Part shown: one piece after another, positions 60,261-64,000 of the stretch | Layout of the letters: each line of letters starts with the position of its first letter | How positions within the stretch are numbered: the first letter of the stretch is position 1 | Assembly (NCBI GenBank): GCA_963795545.1 | Contig: CAWCIF010000001.1 | Location: forward strand, 601,365-665,364 | Direction of reading: 5' to 3' | Source: an uncultured Acidobacteriaceae bacterium | GTDB taxonomy: Bacteria; Acidobacteriota; Terriglobia; Bryobacterales; Bryobacteraceae | Length of the DNA: 64,000 nt | The notes under the pieces: model-generated | Told to the model about the DNA's origin: nothing | Seen by the model: only the letters and a program-made list of their open reading frames with translations | Database searches by the model: none | Position numbers and translations under genes: made by a program

Positions 60261-61037
60261 CTAGTCCGCCGAACTCAGCCCAATAATTTGAAATCCAGCA
60301 TCGACAAATAATATATTTCCGGTAACTCCTCGTCCAAGATCACTGGCCAGAAACACAGCGGCGTCGGCAACTTCGGCCGGGTCGGTGTTCCGCCGCAGCG
60401 GAGCGATATTCGCGGCCCCGAGCATTTTTGAAAAATCTTTCACGGCGCGGGCCGAAGCGGTCTTGATTGGCCCCGCAGAAATGGCATTCACTCTTATATT
60501 CGCCGGTCCAAGATCGTTCGCCAAATAGCGCATACAGGCTTCTAGCGCGGCTTTGGCCACGCCCATAACATTGTAGTTCTGGACGACGCGCGTCGACCCC
60601 AGGTAAGTGAGCGTCATGATCGATCCGCCCGCAGTCATAAGCGGCGCCACGGCCCGCGAGACGGCCACCAGAGAATAGGCGCTTACTTCCTGGGCTAGCA
60701 GGTAACCATCACGGCCGGTCTCTAGAAAGGGCCGGGTCAAATCCTCACGATTGGCGAAAGCGATGCTGTGCACCACGGAATGAATCGGGGCACGCTGCTT
60801 TAACTCGGAGGCGAGGCCCTCGAGTTCCTCCTGCTTCGTAACGTCGCAATTGAGAACGCTGACCGCTTTCAGCTCGGCTCCCAGTTCCTCCACGGTTTGG
60901 CGCTGGCGCTCGCCCTGATAAGTGAGAACCAGCGACGCACCTTCCCGGACGAACGCAGAGGCTATCGCGTAGGCGATACTCCACTTATTGGCTACGCCTA
61001 GAACCAGCGCGGTCTTGCCGGCGAGCAATTCTGGCAT
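60261..61037 (-). CDS. fabI: enoyl-[acyl-carrier-protein] reductase (NADH), FabI
   Basis: LAGKTALVLGVANKWSIAYAIA, YNVMGVAKAALEACMRYLANDLG and NAISAGPIKT; SDR FabI signature with the Y-x6-K motif. Confidence 0.9.
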   Translation of the reverse strand: MPELLAGKTALVLGVANKWSIAYAIASAFVREGASLVLTYQGERQRQTVEELGAELKAVSVLNCDVTKQEELEGLASELKQRAPIHSVVHSIAFANREDLTRPFLETGRDGYLLAQEVSAYSLVAVSRAVAPLMTAGGSIMTLTYLGSTRVVQNYNVMGVAKAALEACMRYLANDLGPANIRVNAISAGPIKTASARAVKDFSKMLGAANIAPLRRNTDPAEVADAAVFLASDLGRGVTGNILFVDAGFQIIGLSSAD

Positions 61038-61076
61038 GAATTGCCATTGTAACGTGCGGGCCGCCCGGACACGGCG

Positions 61077-61940
61077 TCATGATCCCGAGTGCTCCGCTTC
61101 TGACTTGCTCAAGCGTGGGGTGTGAGTTGGAAGAAAGTGGAAGCGCCGGCCGAGTATCGCTTTAACGATTAGGTGATCGGTGCTATGGGTCACGCCGACG
61201 CCGACCCCGAAGTTGAATTCCCACTCGGGTCCGAAATTGAGATCAACGGCCGGAAAGAACTGCTGCTGCTGGGCGTAGAAGGGGTCGAAACCGGTGAGCG
61301 GGCCGGTTTCGCCGTAATATTCGAAGCCGCCGGCCAGCAGTTTTGTGAACTGATAGCTGAGCTTGACGGCTGGCGAAAAAGTGAGACCCTGCGGAACAGT
61401 CGGGCCGTGAAATGATCTTTCGAGAGCAGGATTAAAGGAGATGTACCAGGGCCCGATCTGCTTGTCGACAATCGGGCGGATCTCCCACGTCCAGGTATCG
61501 CGCGAGAAGATCGGCCGCTGGTAGCCAACCTCCATCGACAGGCTCACGCCGACGGGCCACCTCCAACTGTCCGGCACACGGACGCGCGGCCGGATGTGAT
61601 CGCCCACCCATTTGTAGCCCTGGCCGTTCGGACCCACGCTGGTGAAGATGTAGAAACCAGTCTCGAACCAGTTATTCCAGCCTTGGGTAATCTCCACCGT
61701 CTCGTGCTCCTGGTTGTTGGTCGGATAAGTCCCATCTACTGTATCTTTAGTCCCTTCTGCTGTGAAGTTGCTGTGAAGCTCCACCATTGTTCGGCCGGGT
61801 AGCACAGTATCGGAACCGTAGACTTGAATCTCATAGTTACCCTGCGCGTATGCGCTTACAGGATAGCCGGTGATTAAGAGAACGAAACTGGGAAGGCTTA
61901 GAAGGGTAATGATATACAGCTTCTGGATTACCAAAGGCAT
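61077..61940 (-). CDS. putative outer-membrane beta-barrel protein
   Basis: Signal peptide ending AYAQ and alternating aromatic/polar strands (YEIQVYG, WYISFNP, KLSYQF, FEYYGE, WEFNFGVGVG). The family is not identified. Confidence 0.45.
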   Translation of the reverse strand: MPLVIQKLYIITLLSLPSFVLLITGYPVSAYAQGNYEIQVYGSDTVLPGRTMVELHSNFTAEGTKDTVDGTYPTNNQEHETVEITQGWNNWFETGFYIFTSVGPNGQGYKWVGDHIRPRVRVPDSWRWPVGVSLSMEVGYQRPIFSRDTWTWEIRPIVDKQIGPWYISFNPALERSFHGPTVPQGLTFSPAVKLSYQFTKLLAGGFEYYGETGPLTGFDPFYAQQQQFFPAVDLNFGPEWEFNFGVGVGVTHSTDHLIVKAILGRRFHFLPTHTPRLSKSEAEHSGS

Positions 61941-61943
61941 TGC

Positions 61944-63039
61944 TTATCGTTTCGGGTGCAGAATCAGCTTCTGCACCCGCCAATTCAGCAGCTCGGCGAC
62001 ATAGATCTCGTTTTCCGATGGGCATGCCAGTTCGTGAATCCAGCCGAATTGTTTTCGCAGCCGCCCGGACCGTCCAAGCATCCCGAGTACTTTGCCATCG
62101 AGGGTTAGCTTATACACGCGCCCGGGGAATGCGTCCGCGCTGTACAAATACTGCGTAGGACCCGGCGTGATGCAGATTGCCCAGGGTGAACCGGGCTGCA
62201 TGGTCGCTGATGTTTGCGGCCCCGGGCGGCTGCCCATCCAGGGCTGGGCGTCTGCCGGCGCCGCTACGTCGATCCTGATTTCACGCAGAAATTTTCCATC
62301 GTGATCGAACACTTGGATGCGGCGATTGCCGCGGTCGGCAACATAGATGTTGCCCTGCGCGTCCGCCGCAATGCTGTGCGGCGTGTTGAACTCACCCGGC
62401 CCTGCGCCCGGTTGTCCCCACTGCTTTACCCAATCGCCATCTTTGTTGTACTTGGCCACTCGTGAGTTGATGTAGCCATCACTTATGAAAATATTGCCTT
62501 CGGAATCCCACGTGACATCGGTTGGTTGCCGGAACTCACCGTTCACCGCGGGACGCGGCGGCTTGACGTGTGTCCAGGGACCGTCATTTTCGTCAGCAGC
62601 CTCTTTTTTTGCGCCCGAACACCATCGTGACCCGCCCTTCAGGATCGAATTCAACGATCATGTCAGAGCCCTTATCGATTACCCAGATGTTGTCATGCGC
62701 GTCGACGCGAACGGCATGCGCAAAGGACCAGGCGTACAAGTTCTTGCCGATCTCGCGCAGGTACTTCCCGTCGGGTGCGAACTCCAGCAGTTGGGCCGCG
62801 GCAGCCCCGTAAGCGGGCCCCGTGGTGTTGCCCCGCGACAGCACGAAGACGTGTCCTTTGGAATTGACCGCAACGCCGGCCGCCTCGCTCAGGTACAGAT
62901 TCGGAGGCAGTTTTAAGAAGTTGGGAACGGAATCGTAGGGAATCTCAGGCGCGGACTGCTGGCCGAAAGCCGCCGTGCTGAGCGCTGCCAGTATCAAAGC
63001 TAAGCGAGGTTTCAAGGAGGACTCCTCAGGTTTAGACAA
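61944..63039 (-). pseudogene. secreted NHL-repeat / six-bladed beta-propeller protein, frameshifted in an A7 run (or sequencing error)
   Basis: ORFs 62593-63039 (signal peptide + first blades) and 61944-62654 (GNIFISDGYINSRVAKY, GNIYVADRGNRRIQVF NHL units) are one gene. The frames join at CGC AAA AAA (A) GAG, coding-strand A7 = T7 at 62604-62610. Confidence 0.75.
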
Positions 63040-63109
63040 CCGCTCTCAGTGAGCGTACACCACGCGAGAACTTAGCCATCGGCCCGCAACTAATATTCCT
63101 GTGCGTTCA

Positions 63110-64000
63110 ATGCATGGAGTCACTCATCTCGCCTTTGTCTTTATCTCGTGTCTCTGTTGCACATCTCTGAGCGCCGTCGCGCAAACAAAGCGAGTGATTA
63201 TTCCGTCTCGCATTGTGGCACGAATCAACGAGACGAACCGTCAGATTCTTCGCGGCAACACACATCCTCTTGCCCGTGCCGAGTTCGATCGCGGCTTGGC
63301 AGAGCCCGACCTGCCAATGGATCGCATGCTGCTCGTCTTGAGCCGGAGCGCGCAGCAGGACACGGAGCTGCAGGATCTGTTGCAGGAACAGCATGATCGC
63401 TCCTCACCGCGGTATCATCGCTGGCTCACTCCTGACGAATTTGGATTGCAATTCGGCCCGGCGGAAACAGATCTGCATGCCATTACTACATGGTTGGAAT
63501 CACACGGCATGAAAGTAGCGCGCGTGTCGCGAGGGCGAAGCATAATCGAGTTCTCCGGCACAGCGGCCCAAGTGGAGGCTACTTTTCACACCGAGATTCA
63601 TAGATACGTAGCGGGCGGAGAAGAACACCTCGCAAACGCAAAAGATCCGGAAATACCGGCCGCTCTTACACCCGTTATAGCGGGAATTGCCACACTCTAT
63701 AATTTCAAGGCGCGGCCGCAGTCGATTCTGTCGCAAACGAGTTTCAAGCGGGAAGCTCAAGCGAACCCTGCATTCACTTCTGCTAGCGGGGACCATGCGC
63801 TCTCACCCGCCGACTATGCGGTCATATACAACATCAATCCGCTATTCCAGGCAGGCATTACTGGAGCGGCCGCGGTCATAGGAGTGGTGGGCCGCAGCAA
63901 TATCAAAGTACAGGATGTGATCGATTTCCGCCGTAACTTCGGCCTTTCAGCGAACGCTCTACAGGTTATCGTGAACGGTCCGGATCCGGGCGATCTGGGC
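63110..64000 (+). CDS. S53 (sedolisin) peptidase precursor with pro-kumamolisin activation domain; 3' end outside window
   Basis: My own translation from ATG 63110 is open to the window end (297 codons): signal peptide, then ..MDRMLLVLSRSAQQDTELQDLLQEQHDRSSPRYHRWLTPDEFGLQFGPAETDLHAITTWLESHGMKVARVSRGRSIIEFSGTAAQVEATFHTEIHRY.., the typical Pro-kuma_activ domain. It is not in the ORF track because no stop is reached. Confidence 0.8.
   Translation, partial: MHGVTHLAFVFISCLCCTSLSAVAQTKRVIIPSRIVARINETNRQILRGNTHPLARAEFDRGLAEPDLPMDRMLLVLSRSAQQDTELQDLLQEQHDRSSPRYHRWLTPDEFGLQFGPAETDLHAITTWLESHGMKVARVSRGRSIIEFSGTAAQVEATFHTEIHRYVAGGEEHLANAKDPEIPAALTPVIAGIATLYNFKARPQSILSQTSFKREAQANPAFTSASGDHALSPADYAVIYNINPLFQAGITGAAAVIGVVGRSNIKVQDVIDFRRNFGLSANALQVIVNGPDPGDLG

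Overview
GC-rich bacterial chromosomal segment. The gene content points to Acidobacteriota: a TIGR03436-type VWFA protein, PadR plus duplicated MacB/FtsX 'ADOP' permeases, a PEP-CTERM protein, a pro-kumamolisin/S53 peptidase and a CarboxypepD_reg/TonB-type receptor tail. The core is rplA-rplJ-rplL-rpoB-rpoC (26.5-37.4 kb), surrounded by envelope, transport and carbohydrate genes. No rRNA, tRNA or CRISPR was found. The most notable points are listed here. (1) An AhpD/carboxymuconolactone-decarboxylase-family gene appears as two ORFs (22857-23108 and 23238-23462). It reads as one selenoprotein: the only interruption is a TGA at the second Cys of the CxxC redox motif, followed about 20 nt later by a GC hairpin with a GGUC loop resembling a bacterial SECIS. 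(2) Two near-identical 1.49-kb IS copies (IS1202/ISNCY-like rve transposase) lie in inverted orientation 37.4 kb apart and bracket rpoBC. Each has its own perfect 16-bp target duplication. (3) rpoB carries a ~64-aa eight-cysteine (double zinc-ribbon-like) insertion near its N-terminus. (4) An ABC exporter is paired with a 1501-aa cyclic-beta-1,2-glucan-synthase-like protein that lacks the usual C-terminal phosphorylase half. (5) rplA is not preceded by rplK. (6) There is a PAP2-Lgt fusion protein and a 1125-aa orphan secreted protein coupled to the VWFA gene. Two genes (an ADOP permease and an NHL-repeat protein) are frameshifted at short homopolymers, and one IS copy has a 1-nt indel; these may be real decay or assembly errors. 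All functional calls rest on motif and family recognition by eye; no searches were run.
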